This document shows, one piece after another, positions 8,741-17,346 of a DNA stretch of 26,054 nucleotides. Numbering within the stretch: the stretch's first letter is position 1; each line of letters starts with the position of its first letter. The stretch comes from Candidatus Heimdallarchaeota archaeon (GTDB lineage: Archaea; Asgardarchaeota; Heimdallarchaeia; Heimdallarchaeales; Kariarchaeaceae). Position numbers and translations under genes: made by a program. The stretch is taken from NCBI GenBank assembly GCA_015523565.1, contig WAKA01000148.1:1-26054 (forward strand), given 5' to 3'. The notes under the pieces are model-generated. The model made no database searches, had not been told where the DNA came from, and was given only the letters and a program-made list of their open reading frames with translations.

Positions 8741-8762
8741 TATCTCAACATAATTTGAATAC

Positions 8763-8824
8763 AAAAAACGACCCATTTGTTCATCCATTCAGGGATGGTG
8801 ACTAATTCACAAGTCCAAATGGGT
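8763..8824 (-). terminator. Branched stem-loop followed by an oligo-T tract; candidate terminator or structured RNA
   Basis: ACCCATTTG (8771-8779) pairs with CAAATGGGT (8816-8824) and encloses two small hairpins. On the minus strand it is followed by CGTTTTTT, and it sits at the 3' end of the right-hand paralogue. Confidence 0.45.
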
Positions 8825-9140
8825 TCTAGATTTTATGGAAACATTTAGGAATTCAGCCACGTTTTTCACAGAGTTGAAGAAATTATCTATGTCTTTTTTG
8901 GGAAGGGTTTGTTGCGCGATTGATGTGCGGTTTCAAGGATATCGAGATAGATTTTTTTCTGGAGGAGTATTTTTTCGGGGTTTTTGGGAATTGGGTAATT
9001 TGGGAAGATTTTTTTGAACATCTTGATGAAGTTTCCATTTTGGAATATTTGTTCATAGATAATTGGGGTTAGCATTGTAAGATACCTGAATGGTACTTGG
9101 ATTGGAGACGATTTGTTTGCCGAATTTTATCTTCAGGTTT
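8807..9140 (-). pseudogene. Second frameshifted fragment of the same C-terminal region (right copy)
   Basis: KFGKQIVSNP / VPFRYLTMLTPIIYEQIFQNGNFIKMFKKIFPNYPIPKNPEKILLQKKIYLDILETAHQSRNKPFPKK / DIDNFFNSVKNVAEFLN; close DNA match to 4067-4355. Confidence 0.75.
8843..9127 (-). repeat. Right arm of the ~290-bp inverted repeat (partner 4067-4355)
   Basis: 8843-8943 is the exact reverse complement of 4255-4355. The first mismatch is at 8944 versus 4254. Confidence 0.93.
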
Positions 9141-9376
9141 GTTGGCAAGGAGGTGGCATAATTAGTGGGCATTTGACTTGGTTTCACTGATGAAGGTCAG
9201 CCAAGCGCAGTCCGCAGGATCTTTGGGGTTCATCCCCACTGCAGGCTTGCTCTCTGGACTCATCAAAGTGTTCCTTGGGAAGAAGTTCCAACGGCAACGC
9301 CAAGCTTATAATTCTTGGAAGGGAATAATAAAAAATATTGTGTATTTAGGAATAGTGTGAATACAATAGATTTCGT

Positions 9377-9877
9377 TTAGTCATTGCGATGCGCATTTTC
9401 CCATTTGTCGATGGGGGTGAACAGGATGCATGGCATTGGGGTATGTTTTTTGGTCAGGACGGCGGGGAGTGACATGACCTCACAGCCAGTATACCTTTTG
9501 TAGCTGGATATCAGCAGGGTAATTCCGACATAGGTTGTTGATCCCACAAAAAGTTCGAGGTTCTGCAAGAAATATCCCAAAGCCATGAAAGCACCGACAA
9601 TGCCATTTGCGAGGGTTGCCGCGGCATATTTGTTGGGCTGGATTTTTTTGGACTCAATCAGTTTGTGGAGGACAAGATATATGAGGGTGATGAGGATGAA
9701 AACGGAGAGGGAGAGGATGAGGGACATCAACAGGTTCGGTTTGTTGCTCACAATGAATACCCTGATGGCAAGTGCAAGGAAGAGAATGCCAAGGATGGTT
9801 CTTGTGGTCATTCCGATTGGTCCTGTCTTGGAGGGTTGGATGTTTTCTGTTTCACTTGTGTCTGTAAGTTCTGCCAT
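9377..9877 (-). CDS. Small multi-pass membrane protein with GCEV...C-x-x-F-x-PID motif (DUF6410-like, from recall)
   Basis: Four hydrophobic segments; N-terminal GPIGMTTRTILG; C-terminal YTGCEVMSLP...PCILFTPIDKWE. Confidence 0.75.
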   Translation of the reverse strand: MAELTDTSETENIQPSKTGPIGMTTRTILGILFLALAIRVFIVSNKPNLLMSLILSLSVFILITLIYLVLHKLIESKKIQPNKYAAATLANGIVGAFMALGYFLQNLELFVGSTTYVGITLLISSYKRYTGCEVMSLPAVLTKKHTPMPCILFTPIDKWENAHRND

Positions 9878-10062
9878 ACCCGCGCAAGAAGTTTTTCATT
9901 TTTTTTTCTTTCGATCCGCGAGACATGGGGGATTTCTTTTCACTATGTTATTCTGGAAGGGTGTATAACTGTCTTTCTGTGTACTCAGGATGTTCTTATT
10001 TTCTGATTTTTGTTCAAAAAGATTAAGTGCAAGGTAAACAAAGTTGATTAGAGGCGTTAAGA

Positions 10063-10686
10063 TTGTCAGAGTACCTGAACGTATTGATGGGGTTGGTCAA
10101 TCGCAAACCCCGTATTGGCATAGTCATCGATCTTAACGTATTGGATGTTGGTCGTGAAACCCGTCTGGACGTTTTGGGTGCATTGCGAGACAGGTTCAAT
10201 GAGTTGGGGCAGGTACGGCAGGCCTTGGTCATATCTCCGCGGCAGTTGAAACGTGATGAGCTGGAAGAGGTTCAGAGGGCGGGGTTCTCATTGAAAGTTG
10301 TGCCCAAGGCGCATTCGGAATTGAGTTTTTTGCTGGAGACATATGATTTGGCATTGAACGGGCAGATAAACGTGATTGTGATCGGCTCAGCAGATGAGCA
10401 ACTGACACCGTTGTTTTTGGCATGCAGGAACATACTGAATGAAACGATTGGGTTTTTTTTGGGAAAGGTGGGGGAGAAAGTCTTGCGTTCATTCAATGCG
10501 GTTGTGACACCAGAGACATTGGAGACATTTACTTTGTTTGAGGCAAGTGAGCCTGAATATGAGGCGGTGCGCAATTTTGTGGTTCAAAGCATCCAGACGG
10601 AGAACGGCAAGGAAACCCAAGAGATGGAGCCTGAAAATGTTGAGGCAGATTTGTTCGGTCCCATATCAGAGAATTTGGAAGATTAG
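10063..10686 (+). CDS. NYN-domain (LabA/DUF88, TIGR00288-like, PIN fold) protein with degenerate catalytic motifs and an acidic tail
   Basis: IGIVID, ELGQVRQA, AGFSLKVV, INVIVIGSADEQLTPL and ETIGF follow the archaeal NYN layout. TTG start. Confidence 0.65.
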   Translation: MSEYLNVLMGLVNRKPRIGIVIDLNVLDVGRETRLDVLGALRDRFNELGQVRQALVISPRQLKRDELEEVQRAGFSLKVVPKAHSELSFLLETYDLALNGQINVIVIGSADEQLTPLFLACRNILNETIGFFLGKVGEKVLRSFNAVVTPETLETFTLFEASEPEYEAVRNFVVQSIQTENGKETQEMEPENVEADLFGPISENLED

Positions 10687-10748
10687 AATTTTGGGGACCA
10701 AGGGGCGGGAAGATCAGGGATTGGAAGAGGACAGGATTTCAAAAGATT

Positions 10749-12359
10749 TCAGCCAATAGAGATCCATGCCGCGCTGATTCGCTGAGATTTGATTTCATAG
10801 TAACATGTGAAGTTTCCTTCTTGGCTCGTTATTTTTTGTAAAATGAGATTTTTAAGTGCAATTGTTGACTTTATTGAAAGATTGGTCAGTTTTGGGATGG
10901 TATCTCTGAGTTGTTTTCTGGTTTGATCCTGACCTTGGAAAAGCATTTTATTTGATGTAAGATCATAGACGATTATTTTTGGGTGGACAAATTCCATTGC
11001 ACGGTCAATTTCTTTTTTGATGAGGCATGAAATGAATTTTTCAACAAGTTCAATGGGGTGGAAAGGGGAGATGAGAAATTCAGGGGAAAAGACATTGCCT
11101 TTGGAGATGACCAATTCAATTGATGTGGTTGCAGTTATATCGTTGAGTGGATTTCTTCTAAGGAGAACCAAGTCTGCAAATGCCCCTTTTTTGATTTCAC
11201 CTATCAATTTGTTTCCGAAAACTTTTGCTGCGTTGTAAGTTGTTGCCTGCAAGACGTCTTCCGGACTCATGCCTGCAATGTTCATGATTCTCATTTCCTC
11301 ATGGATTGAAACACCATGCAATGTGCCGATATTGCCTGCGTCAGTTCCTGTTGCAATGGTTATACCATTTTCATGCAATTTTTTGAGATTGTGCATTGCA
11401 TTTGAGACAAGGGGTGAAAAGTCGTCATTTTCTTTGTTTTCATCTAGAGGAAGTGCTTGGATTGAGAACAGGTCAAACCATGAAGAGATTGCACGAGGGC
11501 ATCCCCATTTTTCTTCAAACATAGAGGTGTTTTTTGTACCTGCAAATACGTCACGATAGCCCTGTCTTACTTGAAGTGTTGGAATACAGATGGCATTTTT
11601 TGCCAAGTCAATGAATTCTTGGTCTATATGTTGGTCAAAGACCCCGTGAACCAAGATGTCTGCCCCTTGTTTAAGGGCTTCTTTTGCAGTTTTTAGCTCT
11701 GTGGCATGCACTGCGGCACGATACCCAAGTGCATGGCTTTCATTTATTGCCGCGGCAATGATCTTACAATCATTTTCGAAGTGCTGGGGACGATAGATAA
11801 ACCATATTTTAATGAAGACAGGGTTATGTTCAGCACATTTTCTTACAAGTTCCTTTGCATGCTCTTCAGATTGTGCTTGGATTATGGGGGGGTCACCAAG
11901 ATCCAATTTTTCTCTTGAGACAGTTGAGACCAGCGGACCTGTAACTTGGACATGTGGGGAATGGGAATTTCCTGCAAGTTCCCTGACTTCAAAATTCCAG
12001 AATGGCCCACCGCAATCGACAACGGCAGTGACACCAGACACAAGATATCTCTTGAAGGTATCTGGGAGGCTTTTTTTGATGTTATTGATTTCTTCAGAAT
12101 AGGGGACATGGTTTGTCAAGTCGAGTATGTCAGGTCTTGTATAGAGACCAGAGCTTTGGAAGAAGTGAATATGTGCATCGATGAGACCGGGGATTGCAAA
12201 CAGGTTGGAACAGTCAATAGTTATATCATTCTCTTCAGGCTCAGGTTCAATATTGTAATATATCTCTTTGATTAGTTCACCTTCAATTTTGATGGCTGAG
12301 GAATGGCACATTTTTTTCTGTTTGGAATCAAAGAAGGTGACATTGGTCAGAATGACCAT
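10749..12359 (-). CDS. Metal-dependent amidohydrolase with C-terminal SnoaL/NTF2-like domain
   Basis: PGLIDAHIH (HxH), IKIW, AVHA, LVHG, GTDAG, ADLVLL..NPL. The extra ~100 aa (ELVEKFISCL..EID..EFVHPKI...FQGQDQ) look SnoaL-like. Confidence 0.9.
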   Translation of the reverse strand: MVILTNVTFFDSKQKKMCHSSAIKIEGELIKEIYYNIEPEPEENDITIDCSNLFAIPGLIDAHIHFFQSSGLYTRPDILDLTNHVPYSEEINNIKKSLPDTFKRYLVSGVTAVVDCGGPFWNFEVRELAGNSHSPHVQVTGPLVSTVSREKLDLGDPPIIQAQSEEHAKELVRKCAEHNPVFIKIWFIYRPQHFENDCKIIAAAINESHALGYRAAVHATELKTAKEALKQGADILVHGVFDQHIDQEFIDLAKNAICIPTLQVRQGYRDVFAGTKNTSMFEEKWGCPRAISSWFDLFSIQALPLDENKENDDFSPLVSNAMHNLKKLHENGITIATGTDAGNIGTLHGVSIHEEMRIMNIAGMSPEDVLQATTYNAAKVFGNKLIGEIKKGAFADLVLLRRNPLNDITATTSIELVISKGNVFSPEFLISPFHPIELVEKFISCLIKKEIDRAMEFVHPKIIVYDLTSNKMLFQGQDQTRKQLRDTIPKLTNLSIKSTIALKNLILQKITSQEGNFTCYYEIKSQRISAAWISIG

Positions 12360-12430
12360 ACATCAAGAGAATTTTAGGAGTAGATAAGTTTATCATATGC
12401 AAAAAATAGAGATGTGAAACAATGTTCAAT

Positions 12431-15256
12431 TCAATTGAGCTTTTTGTGATACTTTTGATCAGGTTCCTGTTGGCTCAATGTCGCTTGGGCGGCGGCGAGA
12501 CGTGCAACAGGGACACGATATGGGGAGCATGAAACGTAATCAAGACCGATCTTGTAGCAGAAGTGGATGGATGCGGGATCACCGCCCTGTTCACCGCAAA
12601 TTCCAACCTTTAGGTATTTTCCTGCCTTTGCGGCACTTTCCCTGCCCATTGCAACACACATGTCCATGAGTTTTCCGACACCATTGGTATCGATTGTCTG
12701 GAATGGGTCATTGGGGATTATTCCTTCTTCGATATAGAAAGGCAGGAATTTTCCGACATCGTCTCTTGAAAAGCCAAGGGTCATTTGATGTAAATCGTTG
12801 GTTCCGAAAGAGAAGAAATCGGCACCGAGTTCACCATCTGCGATTTCGTCTGCTGTAAGGGCGGCTCTGGGAATTTCGATCATGGTTCCGACCTTATAGT
12901 CTATTCTTTCTCCTTTTTCTTCGAACACTTTTTCAGCAGTTTCGTCGACAATTTGCCTAGAAAGGGTGAATTCCTCCTTAAAGCCCACAAGAGGAATCAT
13001 GATTTCAGGATGGACTTCAATTCCTTCTTTTTTGACGTCAAGGGCGGCTTCAATGATGGCACGTGTTTGCATTTCCATGATTTCAGGGAAAAGAAGCCCC
13101 AGTCTGCATCCTCTAAGACCGAGCATAGGGTTTGCCTCTTGGTAGTAAAGGACTTTTCTCAAGATTTTGATATTATGTGCAGTCTGTTCGGGATTTAGGA
13201 TTTGTTGCCAGATTTTTTCCCTGATTTCCAGTTCTTTTGGCAAGAATTCGTGAAGTGGAGGGTCAAGGAGCCTGATTGTGACGGGCAATCCGTGAAGCAC
13301 CCTGAACAGTTTTGTAAAGTCGTTTCTTTGCAGGTCAATCATTTGATTCAGGGCATTGAGTCTTTCCTCTTTTGTTTCTGCCAATATCATTTCCTGAACA
13401 AGAGGCAGGGCGTCAAAAAACTGGTGTTCGGTTCTTGCAAGTCCAATGCCTTGTGCCTTGAATTCGACTGCAATTTTTGCGTCTTTTTCCTTGTCCGCAT
13501 TGGTTCGAACCTTGATTTTTGCGAATTCGTCAGCCCAATCAAGAACAGTGAGGATATCATCAGGAAGTTTTGTAGGAGTGAATATTGGCAGGTATTCTTT
13601 GAATATTTCTGCTTTATCAAAAACCTCCATGGAGATTATGTCTCCTTCATTGAGGACAAAGCCGTTTTTTGTTCTAAGTTTTTTGCCGAGAAGGTCCATT
13701 CCAGAATTGCTTGCCCCAACAATGACCCTTTTGCCGATTTGCCGGCCGACAAGTGCCGCGTGGGAGGTCAATCCCCCAGTCATGGTAATAATGCCTGCCG
13801 AAGCGACCATTCCATGGAAATCTTCAGGAGAAGTCTCTTTCTTTATTAGGATGAGGCTTGGCACTTTTTTCCCGTTTTCCAGTCTCCATTTGGTGATTTT
13901 GAAGGGGGGATCAATTTCACCCTTCACAACTGCTTCAGCAAAATCGGAATCAAAAACTACATGACCTGCGGCAGCACCGGGTCCAGCGGGCAATCCAGAG
14001 CCAATAACAGTGGCTTTTTTGACGGGGGCGTTTTTTACAACTTCACTTAATGGTTTCTTATGAATCTGCTCGTCAAAATCAGGGATATCATAATAGAGAT
14101 GTTTCTTGGGATCCTCCCAAACCACACTTGGGAACATGCTTGACTCAATATCACGGGGAGTTACCCGCATGACTGCTTCTTCCCTTGCAATCATCTGCTC
14201 TTTGACAAGATCAACTGCGATTTTGGCGGCGGCGGTTCCAGTGCGTTTTCCAGCACGGGTCTGCAATATGTATAGCTTGCCGCTTTCAACAGTAAATTCA
14301 ATGTCCTGCATGTCCCTGTAATGTTTTTCCAATTTTTTGGCAAATTCTTTCAGTTGGTGATAGATTTCAGGCATTGTGTTTTCCAATTCGGAGATTGGCA
14401 TTGGTGTTCTGATTCCTGCCACCACATCTTCACCTTGTGCCTGCATAAGGAATTCACCATAGATTTCATCGACACCCGTGGCAGGATTTCGGGTAAAGAG
14501 GACACCAGTGCCTGATTTTTCATCCAGATTTCCGAAAACCATGGTTTGAACATTAACAGCAGTGCCGAGATCATCTGGAATACCTTCGAATTTTCTGTAG
14601 TTTCGGGCTCGTTTATTGTTCCAAGATTTGAAAACAGCGTGGATTGCCATTTCAAGTTGCTTATATGGATCGTTTGGGAAGGGTTCGCCGTACTCTTTTT
14701 GGAAATGATCCAGAAATTGACTGATGATACGATCCAATGATTCTTCAGACAATTGGTAATCATATTCCACATTTGCCCTTTTCTTTTCGTTTTCCAATAT
14801 TTCATTGAACGGTTCCGTTGGAATGTCACAGACAACGTCTGCGAACATGAAGATGAGTCTGCGGAAGCTGTCTTTGACAAAACGGGGGTTGCCCAGTTTT
14901 TTGGAAAAACGAGGGACAATCTCCTGTGTAAGTCCAACGTTAAGAACGGTATCCATCATTCCAGGCATACTTATTTTGGCGCCAGACCGTACAGAAAACA
15001 GGAGTGGCAAATCCAAGTCACCAAATTTTCTTCCCATTTTTTCTTCCACTTTCTTGACGCCTTCCAATACTTCATCCCACAGTCCTTCAGGGAATTTGTT
15101 CCCGTTTTCCAAGTATTCAACACAGACCTTTGTTGGGATTGTAAAACCAGGAGGAACCGGCAATCCAAGTTTGGTCATGGTTGCCAAGGAAGCTCCTTTT
15201 CCTCCCAGCAGATCCTTGTCAGGATCAATTTCTCCGAATAGAAAAACTCGTTTCAT
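12431..15256 (-). CDS. ppdK: Pyruvate, phosphate dikinase
   Basis: LLGGKGASL, SVRSGAKISMPGMMDT, AQGEDVVAGIRTP, DMQDIEFTVE, ETSPED, GGLTSHAA (catalytic His), FFSFGTNDL, GICGE, YVSCSPYRVP. GGTGA Shine-Dalgarno-like site upstream. Confidence 0.98.
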   Translation of the reverse strand: MKRVFLFGEIDPDKDLLGGKGASLATMTKLGLPVPPGFTIPTKVCVEYLENGNKFPEGLWDEVLEGVKKVEEKMGRKFGDLDLPLLFSVRSGAKISMPGMMDTVLNVGLTQEIVPRFSKKLGNPRFVKDSFRRLIFMFADVVCDIPTEPFNEILENEKKRANVEYDYQLSEESLDRIISQFLDHFQKEYGEPFPNDPYKQLEMAIHAVFKSWNNKRARNYRKFEGIPDDLGTAVNVQTMVFGNLDEKSGTGVLFTRNPATGVDEIYGEFLMQAQGEDVVAGIRTPMPISELENTMPEIYHQLKEFAKKLEKHYRDMQDIEFTVESGKLYILQTRAGKRTGTAAAKIAVDLVKEQMIAREEAVMRVTPRDIESSMFPSVVWEDPKKHLYYDIPDFDEQIHKKPLSEVVKNAPVKKATVIGSGLPAGPGAAAGHVVFDSDFAEAVVKGEIDPPFKITKWRLENGKKVPSLILIKKETSPEDFHGMVASAGIITMTGGLTSHAALVGRQIGKRVIVGASNSGMDLLGKKLRTKNGFVLNEGDIISMEVFDKAEIFKEYLPIFTPTKLPDDILTVLDWADEFAKIKVRTNADKEKDAKIAVEFKAQGIGLARTEHQFFDALPLVQEMILAETKEERLNALNQMIDLQRNDFTKLFRVLHGLPVTIRLLDPPLHEFLPKELEIREKIWQQILNPEQTAHNIKILRKVLYYQEANPMLGLRGCRLGLLFPEIMEMQTRAIIEAALDVKKEGIEVHPEIMIPLVGFKEEFTLSRQIVDETAEKVFEEKGERIDYKVGTMIEIPRAALTADEIADGELGADFFSFGTNDLHQMTLGFSRDDVGKFLPFYIEEGIIPNDPFQTIDTNGVGKLMDMCVAMGRESAAKAGKYLKVGICGEQGGDPASIHFCYKIGLDYVSCSPYRVPVARLAAAQATLSQQEPDQKYHKKLN

Positions 15257-15343
15257 AAAAAGCTCACCACTATTCTATACTGATATAAGTCCGAGTTCTA
15301 GCGTATAAAAATTGTCCTGAATAATTGGAAATTTGTTCCTTTT

Positions 15344-16588
15344 TCAGGAAGAAGCACTGTTTTTTACAAATTCAGGGATTGGAGGAAGAGATTTGGTCAA
15401 TGTATGGCCTGTGTTTTGTTTGAGGCGTTCGGTAAGCTTTTCCACCTCGCCGATTATTTTTTCCGCTTCTCTCAGTTCTCTTTCTATTATTCGTTTCATA
15501 TCCCTTTTAATGCCCTCCAGCTTGTTCTGGAGTTTGTCTATCTTGCCTTGCAGGTCAAGATCCTTAAGTTCAGTGGCGATATTTTCTCTTTTTTGTTTTA
15601 GCTCCCTGCTTTGTTTCCAAATGGATTCAAGTTCTCCATCAATTAAGGAATTAAGATGCTTAATAGCGCTTTCTTTCTTGTCTCGTTTCATTTCTATTTC
15701 ATTACTTTCCAATAGCCTGAGAATATCTGAAAAGAGACTCTTCAGCCCATTTACGGAAGATTGGTTTGCAAATGCGGTGGCGGCATCGGTTACAATTTCT
15801 TTGGCAAGGGTCACGTCTATTTTTTTCTTGCTTTTGCTTGATTTGTTGATGAATTTTCGAAGGGCCTTCCTGATTTCTGAAAGGGAATTGTCAAGGTTCT
15901 TTTGCAAGTTTGAAAATGCGGCGTCGACTTCCTTTTTTTCAGAAAGCAATGGGGAATTTTTGAGTTCCATGATCTGGGAGGACACAGTCTCTGCCTCTTC
16001 ATTAAGCTTGGCAAGTCCTTCCTGTTGCATTTCAAGGTCTTCCAGAAGTTGAAGGTATCGTTTTTCAAGTTCAAGAATGTCGTCAAGTATCCAAAGCCCT
16101 TCCTCAATTGAAGCTTTGGTATTATATTTATTGATCAGGAATTTCCTAGTTTCATCAATATCTTTCAGAACACGAAGATACGCTTTGTTTAAGCTTTTAA
16201 CACGTTTTGCATATTTCCTGTCCAATAATTTGATATATTTGCTGAAGACATTTTTTTCCAGTGTCTCCAATTCTTTTTGGACACTGTCGATAAACCTATT
16301 GACTGATTGGAGGGTAATGTTTTGTGGAGTTTGGAGCAAATCAACAGTTTCAGCCACACCCTCGTAGATTTTATGGCTATATTTTTCAATTGCACTTGTC
16401 TCATTTGAGTCTGGGTTGGCAACTCGGAATTCTTCTGCAATTATTTTCATATCAGATAGATGTTTTTCAATATTTTTGAGAAATTTGTCCTTAACCTTTT
16501 TTCTTTCCTTGGAAAGGACAGTATCTGCTTCTTTTTCGATTTTTGCACGTAGTTCATCAATTTCTTCCTTTAATTCCGAGTTCGCCAT
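15344..16588 (-). CDS. Long coiled-coil protein (~414 aa), function unknown
   Basis: E/K/L-rich heptad-like sequence throughout with no Walker motifs. ATG at 16588 preferred over TTG at 16597. Confidence 0.85.
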   Translation of the reverse strand: MANSELKEEIDELRAKIEKEADTVLSKERKKVKDKFLKNIEKHLSDMKIIAEEFRVANPDSNETSAIEKYSHKIYEGVAETVDLLQTPQNITLQSVNRFIDSVQKELETLEKNVFSKYIKLLDRKYAKRVKSLNKAYLRVLKDIDETRKFLINKYNTKASIEEGLWILDDILELEKRYLQLLEDLEMQQEGLAKLNEEAETVSSQIMELKNSPLLSEKKEVDAAFSNLQKNLDNSLSEIRKALRKFINKSSKSKKKIDVTLAKEIVTDAATAFANQSSVNGLKSLFSDILRLLESNEIEMKRDKKESAIKHLNSLIDGELESIWKQSRELKQKRENIATELKDLDLQGKIDKLQNKLEGIKRDMKRIIERELREAEKIIGEVEKLTERLKQNTGHTLTKSLPPIPEFVKNSASS

Positions 16589-16645
16589 TATTTGCAATTA
16601 AATTCACATCTTTTTCTAATTTTGCATACGAATTCGTGTATTTAA

Positions 16646-17215
16646 CTATAGCTTGTTATACATGGTTCGCATGATTATTTCACGTGAAACTGCCTGAAAA
16701 GCTTGTTTGACCCCAACCCCCTTAATGGCAATTGTGTTGATGGCCAAAGTCTGTGGGTCAAAACCGAGTGCCTTGAGAAGTTCTTCACGGGGCATGGCAT
16801 TCGGCAAGTCACGTTTGTTCAGGACAATGACAAGAGGGATTTCAGTACCCAACTTCTCGCCCATGAATTCTCTAAGTTCCTCTGCCGCTTCAACATTGTG
16901 TTCAAGCATGTCAGGATTTGAATCTGCCACGAATACAATTCCGTCTACACCCCGAAGAATCATTTTCCTTTGATCCCTGTGTCTTCTTTGACCAGCCACG
17001 GTATATACATCGAAAAGGACATTGTTTGTCGCAGAAAAAGGTGAGAAATCAAAATAGACAGTACGTCCTGAAGGATCTGCAATTGAGGTCAGTCCACCCT
17101 TGATAAGCCCGTCAACTTGGTCATGAAGGTACTTCAACAGGGTTGTTTTCCCCGCCAGACTTGATCCAGTAAACACAATTTTAAAGTGAATTCGTCCCTT
17201 GGCATCCTTACGCAT
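16646..17215 (-). CDS. mglA: MglA-family small GTPase
   Basis: KIVFTGSSLAGKTT (G1), GRTVYFDF (G2 with intrinsic Arg), YTVAGQ (G3), LRGVDGIVFVADS, NKRDLP (G4), AIKGVGV (G5). Confidence 0.9.
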   Translation of the reverse strand: MRKDAKGRIHFKIVFTGSSLAGKTTLLKYLHDQVDGLIKGGLTSIADPSGRTVYFDFSPFSATNNVLFDVYTVAGQRRHRDQRKMILRGVDGIVFVADSNPDMLEHNVEAAEELREFMGEKLGTEIPLVIVLNKRDLPNAMPREELLKALGFDPQTLAINTIAIKGVGVKQAFQAVSREIIMRTMYNKL

Positions 17216-17346
17216 TTTTTTGCACTCCGTGAAGAATGGGATTCTTCTTATCCTTATTTGATGTTATCATAGTTAATACTTATGATTTACTTCTTCCACA
17301 TTTCACTGAATAAAAAAATGTAGAAATTTTGGGCGATTTGGCAAGT

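Noticed and set aside
8771-8824. Hammerhead ribozyme
   Set aside because: It forms a three-stem junction, but the CUGANGA and GAAA core motifs are not present in the junction on either strand.
4067-9127. Diversity-generating retroelement (TR/VR pair)
   Set aside because: Mismatches between the arms are not confined to adenines of one copy and include indels. No reverse transcriptase gene is present in the window.
4067-9127. Terminal inverted repeats of a transposon or IS
   Set aside because: The arms are coding-derived, most similar at their inner rather than outer ends, and no transposase or target-site duplication is evident.
3435-9376. attL/attR duplication of the tRNA-Pro 3' end
   Set aside because: No second copy of the T-arm/acceptor sequence was found by eye in or around the island, and no integrase ORF was seen.
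15344-16588. SMC/Rad50 or ESCRT-III assignment for the coiled-coil protein
   Set aside because: No Walker A/B, signature or zinc-hook motif. It is too long for Snf7 and has no recognisable Snf7 pattern.
12478-16601. Many plus-strand ORFs (e.g. 13202-13849, 14805-15308, 15333-16052)
   Set aside because: Antisense shadows of ppdK and the coiled-coil gene, with Ser/Phe-rich non-protein-like composition.
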